From: Fistulifera solaris
Lineage: Eukaryota
Length of the DNA: 64,000 bases
Assembly (NCBI GenBank): GCA_030295235.1
Contig: AP026135.1
Coordinates: 992,001 to 1,056,000 of the forward strand
Direction of reading: 5' to 3'
Shown in pieces: positions 26,557 through 37,643 of this stretch (position 1 is the stretch's first letter; each line of letters starts with the position of its first letter). The notes beneath the pieces are model-generated. The model searched no databases. It was not told where the DNA came from and saw only the letters and a program-made list of their open reading frames with translations. A program made the translations under genes and the position numbers.

Positions 26557-27253
26557 GAAGCCATCCAGAGTTTTCCTTTTTCACTTACCTTTATATTGCT
26601 ATGCTATGTCCAAAATATACCGCTACTGAACAAACCGGCTCATTAAGAAGAATAGAAATAGAAGAAAGAATGTCAATAACCCCCCTTTCACCAACAAATT
26701 GTCGAACTATGACTCTGTAGATCGCCGGCATCCAGACGTTTCTGATGATTTCATGAGTGTTTAGGATATAGAAAGCTAGACTATCGTTGTTTTTAGGTTT
26801 TTGTTGGCTATTTTAAGAGCTGAGGTTGCTAGACATTTTGACCCCAATGATGACTATAGGAAAAAGTGTAAGCAACCGTTTGTCATGACTGGATTTCAGT
26901 CATGAATTAAGATTTTAACCTGGAGTCTTGTTCATCACCTCTGTCAGAAAACTTTGTTGTTGCTATGAGACGCTAGTCTCATTCTTAAAATGCACCAAGC
27001 AATTCTTGACGCAGGTCCTCCTCGCGCTGGTACGTTGCAAAGTTGCGTCACGAGGATGAGGAGAGGTCGTCATTATTTAATCAGCGGTATAGCTTTAACC
27101 TTAACGTTGCAAGGACCATTTGCACGGTGCTTATAATTTTGCGAGCCGATGTGGTGCATGTGGCAACAAGATGAATTACAAATACCAGGTACAAGGTATT
27201 GTATCGCAGAGACCGTCGATCATAAATCAAACTTCTATCAAAATTATTTCTAT

Positions 27254-28585
27254 ATGCGTCTTTTGATAACGACGTTTCTTCTATCCGCTGCGGTGGTATC
27301 GTCCGCAAAGACAAAGCGCGAGAGTAGTTCAACGTCGCCGATCGATAAGCTCGAAGATGCTCTTCAATCCGGCAAAACGTCTTTGTTACTGCACAATGAT
27401 AAAACCTCTCATTTAAAATCTGTCCTTCAAAGCAGCTTAAAGCTTGCAGATGGCAGCACTTCCTTGTCAACGACGATCGGTAAACGCGATGAACTTATCA
27501 ACAAAGTTGAAAATATAGTACGGCAATTGAACATGCGACAACTCCTCAACTTGAGTAAAAACTTGACAGAACTGTTGAATGCAGAAACAACTCGGCGGCG
27601 CATCGACAATGCTGTTGCTGGAATGGTGGATTCGATCTCCATGGATTATCTGGATGAAGTTTTTGACGCAGAGACGGTTCTAGCGGCAAGTGAGTCGCAG
27701 CTCGATGAATGGGTGGACAAGCTCATGAGTGATGAAATGGCAAACCTTTCCAAGTTGGAAGTGGCGGTCGTTAGTGGCAGTTCCTGTGTTTCCGTGGAAC
27801 AAGGTGCGCGAGAAGTCCAGCAAGCAATCTTGGATTTTATGCATGATAAGATTGGATTAAAAGACCACGCACAAGGCAGTACCATTGTCTACGAGATGAC
27901 GACCAGTTCCTACGAGCCACCAGCTACCGAAAACGAGCTTCTGGGATCGTGGAAGTGGAGACGATTTATCCCTGAAGATTGGGAACCACTGCTACCTCGA
28001 GGATGGCAAAGTTGGAGGGTTAGAATCCCGTCCTCTTTTCTAAATTTGTTGGGACAAAGTGCTGCCTCGTCCGTGGCATCGCCGCAAACCATTTTTCACC
28101 CCGATACGCGACCAGGCTCCTGCTGGCCTCTCTCTGGCGGACAAGGTTTCGTAACCTTTAGGCTTCCGTATCCCGTACGTGTGTCCGCTGTGAGTATTGA
28201 TCACGTGTCAAGTTTATTGCTTTCAGCAGAACACCACATGAACACTGCCCCGAAAGATGTATCGGTGTATGGATTCCCGGATTGCGATGAAAGCAAGTGC
28301 GAGGGCCTTGGTTTCGACAGCCAAAATCCACTTCTAATCAAACGGCTTTCGTTCGACAGAGAAGGGCCTAGTACGCAAACATTTACTATTGCCGACTCTT
28401 TCGGAAATCAAAATGATGCTTCCGATGAGACGGAGAGCTTGGAAACAGGCTCTTGTTCAATAACAAGTTCGACATGTAGTCCAACTGAAGCAGTCAGTGC
28501 TATTCAGGTGCGGGTCGAAAGCAATTGGGGAAACCCTGCATATACATGCATCTACCGATTTCGTATTCACGGTGAAGCTGCATAA
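27254..28585 (+). CDS. SUN (Sad1/UNC-84) domain protein
   Basis: C-terminal PGSCWP, VSAVSIDHVS, TAPKDVSVYG, QTF and VESNWGNPAYTCIYRFRIHG. Hydrophobic N-terminal leader and a coiled-coil middle region. Confidence 0.9.
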   Translation: MRLLITTFLLSAAVVSSAKTKRESSSTSPIDKLEDALQSGKTSLLLHNDKTSHLKSVLQSSLKLADGSTSLSTTIGKRDELINKVENIVRQLNMRQLLNLSKNLTELLNAETTRRRIDNAVAGMVDSISMDYLDEVFDAETVLAASESQLDEWVDKLMSDEMANLSKLEVAVVSGSSCVSVEQGAREVQQAILDFMHDKIGLKDHAQGSTIVYEMTTSSYEPPATENELLGSWKWRRFIPEDWEPLLPRGWQSWRVRIPSSFLNLLGQSAASSVASPQTIFHPDTRPGSCWPLSGGQGFVTFRLPYPVRVSAVSIDHVSSLLLSAEHHMNTAPKDVSVYGFPDCDESKCEGLGFDSQNPLLIKRLSFDREGPSTQTFTIADSFGNQNDASDETESLETGSCSITSSTCSPTEAVSAIQVRVESNWGNPAYTCIYRFRIHGEAA

Positions 28586-28635
28586 AAGAACTATTTTTAT
28601 GATCTAAAAAAGGTTTTTTAATCGTTTAAATGTGA

Positions 28636-31271
28636 CTAAGAATGCGTTTTGCGTAAAGTTCTAGCGCTGCGAATAGACTTCAAAGCAAGGCGTGTTCGTT
28701 CTTCATGTTGTGCTAACTCAATGTAATGGCGATCTAGCAATCGACCTTGAACTTCGTCGCTAATCTGTTGGCGCGTTTCATCCGCTTTCTTCTGCTGCCA
28801 TTGAGAATGAAGCCGTCGTTCTTTGGCGCGAAAAGCGAGAGACAGGCGTCTACGCCGTTTGCAGTCCTTCAAGTACTCCTCTACGTCACGGTGAGCATCG
28901 CACTCCAACAGAAAGTTCTTGGAATCGATAGCCTGCTGCTCTATTAAATGAATTTGTTCGGTAATTTTTTGCGCGCGAGCTTCTTTGCGTCGGAATTCTA
29001 GTGAAGCACGGTCTCTGGCAGCACAATCATTCCGATACTGCTGGACTTCACGTTGATCTGCAGCGCGCAGTTCTTCGTCTTCGCGATTTTGCTTGAGCTC
29101 TTTATCATGGAGGAGATTCTGTATTTCTCGCTCGTGCATTTTCTGTTTACCTCGAAGTTGAAGTGATTGTCGCCGTTGTTGCTCCAAGTCAGTAAGGTAA
29201 TCCTTCGCGTCACGCTCTCCAGCCCATTTCAAAGCATAGCTTTCGTGTTCCTTTTCTAAAGCAATACTTCGAAGCTCGGCCATGACGTTAGCATGACGTT
29301 CACGCTCTCTGTTACGGAAGGCTAGACTTTCTCGTCGCTCTTGCTGCATACGCTTCGTATAGTTTTCTGCATCCTTTTCCGCAGCCCATTTCAATTCATA
29401 GCTTGCATGTGCTGTTTTCGCTTCCAGACTAGACATTTCAGCTGCAAGTACTCGCTGCTTTCGACTGTGACTATTTCGATTTTGAAGACTTTCACGACGT
29501 TCGCTTGCCAGTCGTAGTTCATACGCTTTCGCATCGCGTTCCCCATCCCACTTTAATGAATAAGATTGATGCTCTGATGCCAACATATCGGCGTAAAGCT
29601 TCTCGTCAAACTCGCGGATGCGTCTACCTTCATTGTTCCGAAATACCAAGCTGTCGCGACGTTTCTTTTTCTCGTTTTCTAGATATAACTCAGCATCTTT
29701 CTCCCCGGACCACTTAAGCACATAGGACTCATGCTCATGGTGTAACGCTTCTGTTGCGACAGCCGCAATCTGTTCACGCTGCTTTTTGGCAAAAGCATTT
29801 CTCTTTTCCAAACTTTGTCGGCGTTCCTCTTGCTGCTTTCGCTGATATGCTTCCGCGTCTCTTTCCCCACTCCATTTGAGCTCATAACTCTCATGCTCAA
29901 TCCTAGCCTGGTTTTCAGCACTCTCAGACATAATCTGTCGTTGCTTTCGATTCTCATCGCCCCGAAAAGCCAAACTTTTTCGTCGTTCCTCTTCTAACTT
30001 GGTTTGATAGGCTTCTGCGTCCTTCTCCCCGCCCATTTCAATTCGTAACTCTTATGCTCCTTCATCATGTTCTCCGACTCCATATCTTTCAAAATCTCAC
30101 GCTGTTTTCGAGCCTCTGCGTTTCGACTAGCTAGGCTCTCTCTGCGAAGTTCTTCAATTTTGCGCTTATAAGCTTCTGCGTCTTTATCGCCCGCTCGTTT
30201 TAATTCAAAGCTTTGGTGCTCGTCGTGAAGCCGCTGTGCCTCGAGTTGAGCGTGTAGTTCTCGGATTCGTCGCGCATCTCCATTACGGAAGGCAAAGCTC
30301 TTACGTCGCTTCTCGTTATTATCTTGGGTAAACTGACGGAGTGCAGCGCTTGCTTCATGGCGCTCTTCAAAGATAGCCTTCTCTTCTTCAATTCGTTGCA
30401 ACTGCAGTTTTCGTTTTCCTTGCCTATAGTTTGCTCGAAGTAATGCACGCGCGGCCATAGACTTACGATGGCGATGCTCTTTGTCCTCCTTCAACCGTTG
30501 TTGCTGATCTCGAAAGCTTTGAGACTTAAACTCAGTCTCTTTTTCTATTTGATGAAGCTTTTTACTGCGTTCGTTCTGTCTACGCTTAGCTCGATCCCGA
30601 CTAAGATGCGATGACAACTCCTTTTCCAACGATATCGCTTGTAAACGAGCCTTGTGTGCAAGTTGGGAGACTTTCTTTGCATCAGCTTTGTTCGCTTTCC
30701 ATCCTTGACGCTCCTGAGCGATCGAAGAAGTCACTTGAACGTGGTTAGCAACCTTTGAAACGTGGGCTGCGCGAAGAGACTGGTTGACACTGATGGCCGC
30801 CTGATTAATCGCATCTTGCGTAGCTTTCACGAGATTACGACGCACAGGAGATTTGATGTTTTGGATGCGCATGACTCGAAGCCTTTCCTGAATACGAGAA
30901 TCGCCTCGATCAATCTTTGTCGGAGTCGCGCTCTTAACTTTTCCCTGATCGGACTCAATGATCTTCCCAAACGGACCATGCACTGAAATCTTACTCGAGT
31001 TGAATGACGTTTTTTTGCTGATCTCGCAAAATGATGAATTGGATGAAGTACTGTCGTTGACTCTGTTCTCACTGTCCGTACTTTGATCAACGTGTAGGAA
31101 CGACTTGCTTACGTTTTCAGATTTGTTGGTTGCGAGGGATGTAGCGCGTGATTCATCTTCCGAATACGAATAGCATAAGCTTCCATCCAGACCATCAATT
31201 AGCGATGTCCCAAAGACGCGACGAGCGCGGGCTTTTTTCTTTCCAGTCGAAGGCGGTATGAGTAATGACAT
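28636..31271 (-). CDS. Long helical protein with exact 54-aa tandem repeats
   Basis: Two ORFs joined by a single G-run frameshift near 30028. The repeat consensus is RRxSLxxRN...EHxSYxLKWxGExDAxxY. Confidence 0.85.
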
Positions 31272-31771
31272 CGTATGATTCGATCACCTCTCGTAACAAC
31301 CAATTATTCCCTCAGTCGTGTAAAAAGGTTTTGATTTGTTCAACAGATAGCTTGTGAAGATATTTTCACTTCAATCTCGATTACCTTTGATGCATTTAGG
31401 TGGTGACGACTAAAAGGATGATGTTGGTGTGTTGCATGCTTTGGTTTCGGTTCATTCGTTTTGGTGAGGCCTAGAGCCATCTGCCTGCGCTATTCATACA
31501 TACAATAATGAATGTAGTATGGATGGATTTTGATTGAGTGTTTCTCTATTACACTTATTCTTTTTAGAGAAACTCTCTGGTGTATAGCTTCTATAGTAAT
31601 ATCATGTCAGAAAAGAAGGATTATATTTAGATATCGTCAAAGCCGTACAAATGCAACATGCAACAGTGAAGGTCGCGCATCGCGCGCGCGATGGATGGAC
31701 TGTCTACGTCACAAAAAGCGCTAATAAGATTTCGAAAACTCCAACGTGCCAACGTGTCACGTCAACGGTCA

Positions 31772-31847
31772 GGGAACGGCGTTAAAATTCTGCCTCGTCG
31801 TGGATGCTACGTAGAATCTTGTACTAGAGGCAGAATTTTAACGTCCT
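31772..31847. repeat. ~76-bp hairpin / micro-MITE-like dispersed repeat, copy 1
   Basis: Perfect 17-bp inverted arms at 31780-31796 (CGTTAAAATTCTGCCTC) and 31827-31843. Its reverse complement matches 57942-58017. Confidence 0.8.
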
Positions 31848-32271
31848 CTACAGAAGGACAGTACACAGTGCGTGATTGAGCTTTCGTCATCGAAAGGGTC
31901 ATTCACGAGTAAATAAGGCAAGAAGCAAGAAGAGAAAGGAGTACTTTATTGTCGACACAGAGTGAGAGCCACTCTGTCCCGCCACCTTATTTGTACCAAT
32001 TCCTGCCTGTACACCGCACCCACAAGTCTCCGTTTCTCCTTCCACAAACGCCGACAACACGCATTCGACGACTCCTCGTGGTGAAACGAGCGCAGTAGAG
32101 AAGCTCTGGGATAACCACACATCATCGAAAAGAACGAAGGTTGCACACCTTCTTGTTTGTTATTTTTTATAAAGAAGAGCCTCAGGGCGTCCGTTATGTT
32201 CATAGGACTTTGGTGCTGTTTGTATCAATAGAAGCTGTTGGAGAAAAGAGGCATCCGAGTTGCTCGACTGC

Positions 32272-34983
32272 ATGTCCAATATGATTCCTCCTAATGTGTC
32301 GATAGATAATCCTCAAACGCTGTCTTCCTCCACCAGTGACAGCCCAGGAAAATCTTCTCCTGTAGCTGGATTGATGGATCCGGAAAAACAGGACAGCGTT
32401 GTTGATACTTTAGGGGAAGCTTTAGCGGGTGTGAGTCTCCTTTCCCAAAGTGGTTCCACTATGGGTTCCGCTGCCTTTGCAGGATCTTCGCTGGCAGCAA
32501 CCTCAAAACCTTCTACGCAAGATAACGATGGTTGGGGTAACTTTACGGATCATTCGAACGCCAATTCTTCTGGAGTGTTTCCTCCGTCTGTAGGAATCTC
32601 TACATCAACATCTAACGTAGAGAATGAGCAAGATAGTATCCGCCGATTTCTTTCGCAGGACCCCTCTCAGAGTCTTGGTGACGATGTTTTTCGCTTGAGC
32701 CACACCAATCTCCCGTCTTTGAACTATGATCCGTCGGGTAATGATGCGGCCAATGTGTTCCGTTATCCAGGGCAAGGAACGGCTCTCGGCTCGGCTAGCA
32801 AGAACACTTACGGTAACATCCACGCTACACAAGAACCTAGAGACTCTCCAATCGGTACAGGAACCACGGCATCGAGTCGTTCGGCGTCTCCTTATACAAA
32901 CAACCATGACATTGGAGGCGGAGCTCACAGTATCCCGGCGTACCAACAGTACACAAGTGACAGTAGTAACTTTAGCCGAAACCACACGTTTGTTGACGAT
33001 GAGCACTCTACTGCTGCCTTCCACTCTCTTTCAACGCGTGGGTCGTCGACGAACCTTTCTGGATTAGAAAGATCTACCTACAGTAAACCGGGGAACTATG
33101 GAGGATCTTTACCTTATGATCAAGCATTGGATCCATCGTACTCGCCGCAAGTTCCTGATAGCACGCCACAGCAACAACCACAAGTGCTCTACATGGCAGT
33201 ACCTGCACCTGATGGCAGAGGACAAGTCTTGCAACCCGTGCAGATGCTTCAAGTACCAGGAAAGCCATACAGTTATGTGGTTCCTAATGCTCCGAGCAAC
33301 CCCTCTGGTGGACCCTTTTTCCAGCAGGAACTACCGCATCAGAAGCCTATGGTTGTTTTGCCTCTAAACACAGGCGACTACACAGACCCTTCCATCGATT
33401 CACAACTCGGTTTTGGCACCGAAACGGTACCCATGCGTCCTTTGAACGCATCCGGCGGCGACGACTACGCAGCTGCCAGCGCCCTTGGCCTTAGTCAGTT
33501 CCAGACCACCGATCCCATCTTAGGCGGCCAATTCACGGGCACGTCGCAGCGTCCTCCTTTGGAAGCGTTACTGGGGCAAGTTCGTCGACTTTCTCGTGAC
33601 CAAGTCGGTTGCAGGCTCGTGCAGCAAGCTTTGGACGAGGAAGGCCCAACTGCTGCGACTTTGATCTTGAACGAAGGACTTCCCTTCTGGGGTGAAGCGA
33701 TGGTAGACCCCTTTGGAAACTACCTATTCCAGAAGATCTTAGAGAAGGTCACACCCGAAGAACGTATCATGCTAATCAAGAGCGTCAGTTCTCGTCTTGT
33801 CAACGCAAGCTTGAATCTTCATGGCACTCGTAGCGTCCAGAAAGTCGTTGAGCTATGTGCCATCGACGATCAACTAAGCCCGGCTGATAAGGGCATCGAG
33901 ACAGAGTCCGCCGCACAAGTTCTAACCAACGCGCTTGCACCAGCTGCTGCGCGGTTGTGCATTGATAGCCACGGCAATCATGTCATTCAACGAATTTTGC
34001 TGAAACTCGATCCACGTCATTCCAAATTTGTCTTTGACGCAGTTGCAGCTAGCGTTGGCGATGTGGCACGTCATCGCCACGGATGTTGCGTCATTCAGCG
34101 TTGCCTCGACTCCCCGCAGAATGAATCGCGTGCAAATCTTGTTCTGCGTATCGTAGACAAGTCTCTGGAGTTGATGCAGGACGCGTACGGAAATTACGTT
34201 GTCCAATACGTTTTGGACGTATGCTCGGATGAAGACGTCCAAGCAGTTTGTGAGAGCGTTGCCGGAAAAGTTAATTTGCTTGCTATCCAAAAGTTCAGTT
34301 CTAATGTAATGGAGAAATGTCTCGAACGTTGCTCGGATAGAGTGAAAGCAATGTATCTTGCCGAAATGAGCGACCCGGAAAGAATCCGCGAGTTGATGAT
34401 GGACCCCTTTGGCAACTATGTGGTACAGCGCGCGTTGTCAGTCGCAACGCACGAACAAGCTATTCGGTTGGTAGAGGCTATGCGCCCCCACTTGATAGCG
34501 ACACAAACCGGTAACGGGCAACGCAACGGAGGTGTTCGAAACACAGCCGGAGGTCGTCGCATCGTTGCCAAAATCTGTCGTCGCTTTCCTAATTTTACTC
34601 TTAATCCAGTTGGATCGATCGATGAGCTGTACAGTCAAAACAGGAGCAGTCGCCATGCTGTGCAACACTCTCATGGTCATGCTGTACAGCATTCTCACGG
34701 TCATCCTGTTCAACATGCGCACGGCCACCCTATCCAGCACCACCACGGTCATAATGGTCAACACAGTCGCGGTCACCAGGTAGCTCACCATCAACAGCAA
34801 CAGCCGGCTCTGCTTCAATCGTACACTGCTGTCGGAGGACCTGTGGCCCCTAATCACCATTTCAACGATCCGCGCATGACATCAGGGCATTTGCAACCCG
34901 CTCAGTCGCAGCAACCGTTCTACGGTTTCGGCGGGACAGATAATTATTACGACCCGTTCAACAGCGGCCATGGAGGGTATTAG
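32272..34983 (+). CDS. Pumilio/PUF RNA-binding protein
   Basis: PUF repeats LSRDQVGCRLVQQAL, DPFGNYLFQKIL, HGTRSVQKVV, DSHGNHVIQRIL, HGCCVIQRCL, DAYGNYVVQYVL, QKFSSNVMEKCL and DPFGNYVVQRAL, after a long disordered N-terminus. Confidence 0.95.
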   Translation: MSNMIPPNVSIDNPQTLSSSTSDSPGKSSPVAGLMDPEKQDSVVDTLGEALAGVSLLSQSGSTMGSAAFAGSSLAATSKPSTQDNDGWGNFTDHSNANSSGVFPPSVGISTSTSNVENEQDSIRRFLSQDPSQSLGDDVFRLSHTNLPSLNYDPSGNDAANVFRYPGQGTALGSASKNTYGNIHATQEPRDSPIGTGTTASSRSASPYTNNHDIGGGAHSIPAYQQYTSDSSNFSRNHTFVDDEHSTAAFHSLSTRGSSTNLSGLERSTYSKPGNYGGSLPYDQALDPSYSPQVPDSTPQQQPQVLYMAVPAPDGRGQVLQPVQMLQVPGKPYSYVVPNAPSNPSGGPFFQQELPHQKPMVVLPLNTGDYTDPSIDSQLGFGTETVPMRPLNASGGDDYAAASALGLSQFQTTDPILGGQFTGTSQRPPLEALLGQVRRLSRDQVGCRLVQQALDEEGPTAATLILNEGLPFWGEAMVDPFGNYLFQKILEKVTPEERIMLIKSVSSRLVNASLNLHGTRSVQKVVELCAIDDQLSPADKGIETESAAQVLTNALAPAAARLCIDSHGNHVIQRILLKLDPRHSKFVFDAVAASVGDVARHRHGCCVIQRCLDSPQNESRANLVLRIVDKSLELMQDAYGNYVVQYVLDVCSDEDVQAVCESVAGKVNLLAIQKFSSNVMEKCLERCSDRVKAMYLAEMSDPERIRELMMDPFGNYVVQRALSVATHEQAIRLVEAMRPHLIATQTGNGQRNGGVRNTAGGRRIVAKICRRFPNFTLNPVGSIDELYSQNRSSRHAVQHSHGHAVQHSHGHPVQHAHGHPIQHHHGHNGQHSRGHQVAHHQQQQPALLQSYTAVGGPVAPNHHFNDPRMTSGHLQPAQSQQPFYGFGGTDNYYDPFNSGHGGY

Positions 34984-35298
34984 ACCGAAATGTCCATAAT
35001 TGCAGGCAGGGAATGCACACATTGCATGCTCCCTTTGTCTACTTTGAACACCTATCAACGTTCACCTGTCAGATATTAGAAGTGCGACATCCTCACATTG
35101 TGAGTGATGAAGCAATTGTATTCTGTTGAGCTATTATTCACAAAAACATAAATGAAAGAGTAACACTATGAAAAAATATATAGAATGTTCAAAATCTAAA
35201 AAAAATATTTTGTTGACATAATAATATGATTCGTTAACAGCATTGTTTCGTCTAATTCGTATTGAGCCGTCGGTTATAGCTGCCGCTCATTCCTCAGC

Positions 35299-37085
35299 TC
35301 AAAGTGGGCCAACGACAAACTTCTCCTCTCCCCACAGCTGCTCGTCTGTATCTAACCAATCATCCATTCGAACCAGGACTTGGTCAGCGTCGGCTTCTTC
35401 CGTGGGGGTTGATTCAACAAAAGGTCTTCTTCGCGCAGCGCTGCCATTGTCAAACCTTCAATATGACGTTTCACCTGCAATGAATCAATAGGACGTGGCA
35501 AAAGATCCAATAAATGTTTGGGTGCCGAAGATGAATTTGTTCTGGGAAGAGGTAAACCCGCCCTTACAACGGTCAAAGATGGAACACCAGCCGGAGATGG
35601 CGCTAGGGGGACACGATCAATACAAATTCGACCACCGCGTCCAACACGCGGACGTCGTCGAAATTGAGAGACGGGCACTACTTGGGCATTCTCATAAGCT
35701 GTTACGTAGGGAACAGCATTCTGCCAAGAAGAGACATAGGTCTCCCGCGTTTCCAAAGGTTGCAAAAGTTCGGTGCCGGCTCTCCATGATTACGTCCAGC
35801 TATATTGGTACGATCAGAACACGCTAGTTGGGCCACCGAATTGAATACAATCCTATTGCCCATAGAGCTTGCAGTTGAGGGGGAGCGATTGAGCGTAGGA
35901 CGAAGCACCGTCTGTAACCTGGTCGCGGCCCCGTTTCGCTTTACGCCCGCCAAACTGGGAATCAAAATGTTCGGGAACATCCAGTAGCCGTTTAATTTCA
36001 GTTCGATCTGGCAGAGAAGCTTCGCGAGGGGATGTCGACGTATCACACACATCATGCATTCGCTGTTGGAAGCGTTCCATTTGCAACTGTAAATGCAAGC
36101 GATTTAATTCCTCTCTCCTTTGAACCAATTCTAATGTAGCGCGCAAATTGTCGAAATCACGACGAAGCCAGCTCATTTTTGAAACGCTTCCATATCATTT
36201 TGACGCTTCTTTCGCAACTTATACTTTTCCTTCTCGCGCGGGCGAAACACCAAATGAGGATTCGTATCGTCCGTACTCGTTACCGGCCAGTAGCGTCGCA
36301 ACAAAGGCCGCTTCAATTTGGATCGTTTCGACACCCAGTAGTTGTACACTTCTTGCACCATGTGTTTGAATTTGATGCCACCTTGTCCCCGTTGTGTCGT
36401 TGCGGGGAAAATGTCTGCCAGCTCCGGAAGTTTTTCCAAGATTAAAGTCTCGGCTTGTTGGATTGTGACGATCGAGTCAAATGCCGTGGCCTTTTCTAAC
36501 ACATCAATGATAGCTTCTAGCCGCTCCAAGGAAAGTAGAGCCGGACGAGCGCCGGTTTCTATTCCATTGACACGCGCGGCTTCCCCCAATTTGCTGTTTT
36601 CATTAAGCCACTGTTCATCTTCCGCATCGGCTATATAATCAATACGATTCTTCCATTCTTTTTCGGTCGCATGGTGGTAGCGAATATACGAATTTTTGAT
36701 ATCATACGTCGCGGGTATGTCTTTTGTGTACGTTTCAACTTCATTGATTTCCGGTACAGGAATGTCACTTTTAGCTTGTTTCGCTTCGATGGGAGCTTCC
36801 TGTTGACACGATGAAGCAGTGAGTGCACAAGACAAAGAAAAAAAACCCTTCATAAAACAGCGAACTTACCACCGCCGATAGTACGTGTTGAAAGTCCTTG
36901 ACAGAAAGCGATTTGGTGGTCCCTGAAGAATCCTCAAACGTTACTTTGTCGTCTTCATCTCGAATAATTGTTACTCGTTTGTATACATTTAAGCTATTCG
37001 GGGCCACTGGATTCGACATTATCGGTACAAGTATAAATCTTTTTCTAAACGTAACTGGTATTGCTGTTACAACGCGCGTCGCCAT
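35299..37085 (-). CDS. EPL1: Enhancer of polycomb-like protein (NuA4 subunit)
   Basis: IPVPEI, DYIADAEDEQWL, VYNYWVSKR and DTNPHLVFRPREKE motifs. Intron near 36870..36802. About four homopolymer frameshifts (near 36176, 35883, 35765 and 35406). The repaired C-terminus ends ..LWGEEKFVVGPL*. Confidence 0.85.
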
Positions 37086-37643
37086 GGTCGTTTCGTCCTT
37101 CGTCCTCTGCTACCGCGAACGACACTTATAAGGCCAGTAGGGGTAGGGGTGACGGTTCCCGACTCAAATTACTTGCAGTCCCAGAAAATGTCGAGAAAGC
37201 TATCACATTGAACTACTACGCCATAGGCGTTGCGATTCTATGATCACATGAAACATGCTTGACGACATTGTTGTTAGTTCTATGAATGATGATGTTGTCG
37301 GAATGAACTGCGTTGATTGCGTCTTCATGAATCATTTCGACATTTACGATTCATGACTCAATCCGAACGCAGTCCCGAGAGTTATCGATGGATCTATTGC
37401 ATTGAATTAGTACCTAATCGGCAATGGTTTCGACACATCAACATCAAAAGTATATCTTTTATGATGGTGGTGTAGTGTAAATGCAGCTAGCCATCAACAT
37501 AAGATTGACAACGGCGACAATATTACATACATGAAAGTTCCGGAACTGCAATTAGATAGACTAGCAGCTTCCGCGTGCAGTTAAACCAATATACTATGAA
37601 TTAAGCCATAACGCAAACACGAGCTTTCCTCAATAGTCGATCT

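Noticed and set aside
26883..26905. Hairpin TCATGACTG-GATTT-CAGTCATGA and nearby TGATGA suggesting a C/D snoRNA
   Set aside because: No properly placed box D or terminal stem was found, and a 9-bp stem alone is expected by chance.
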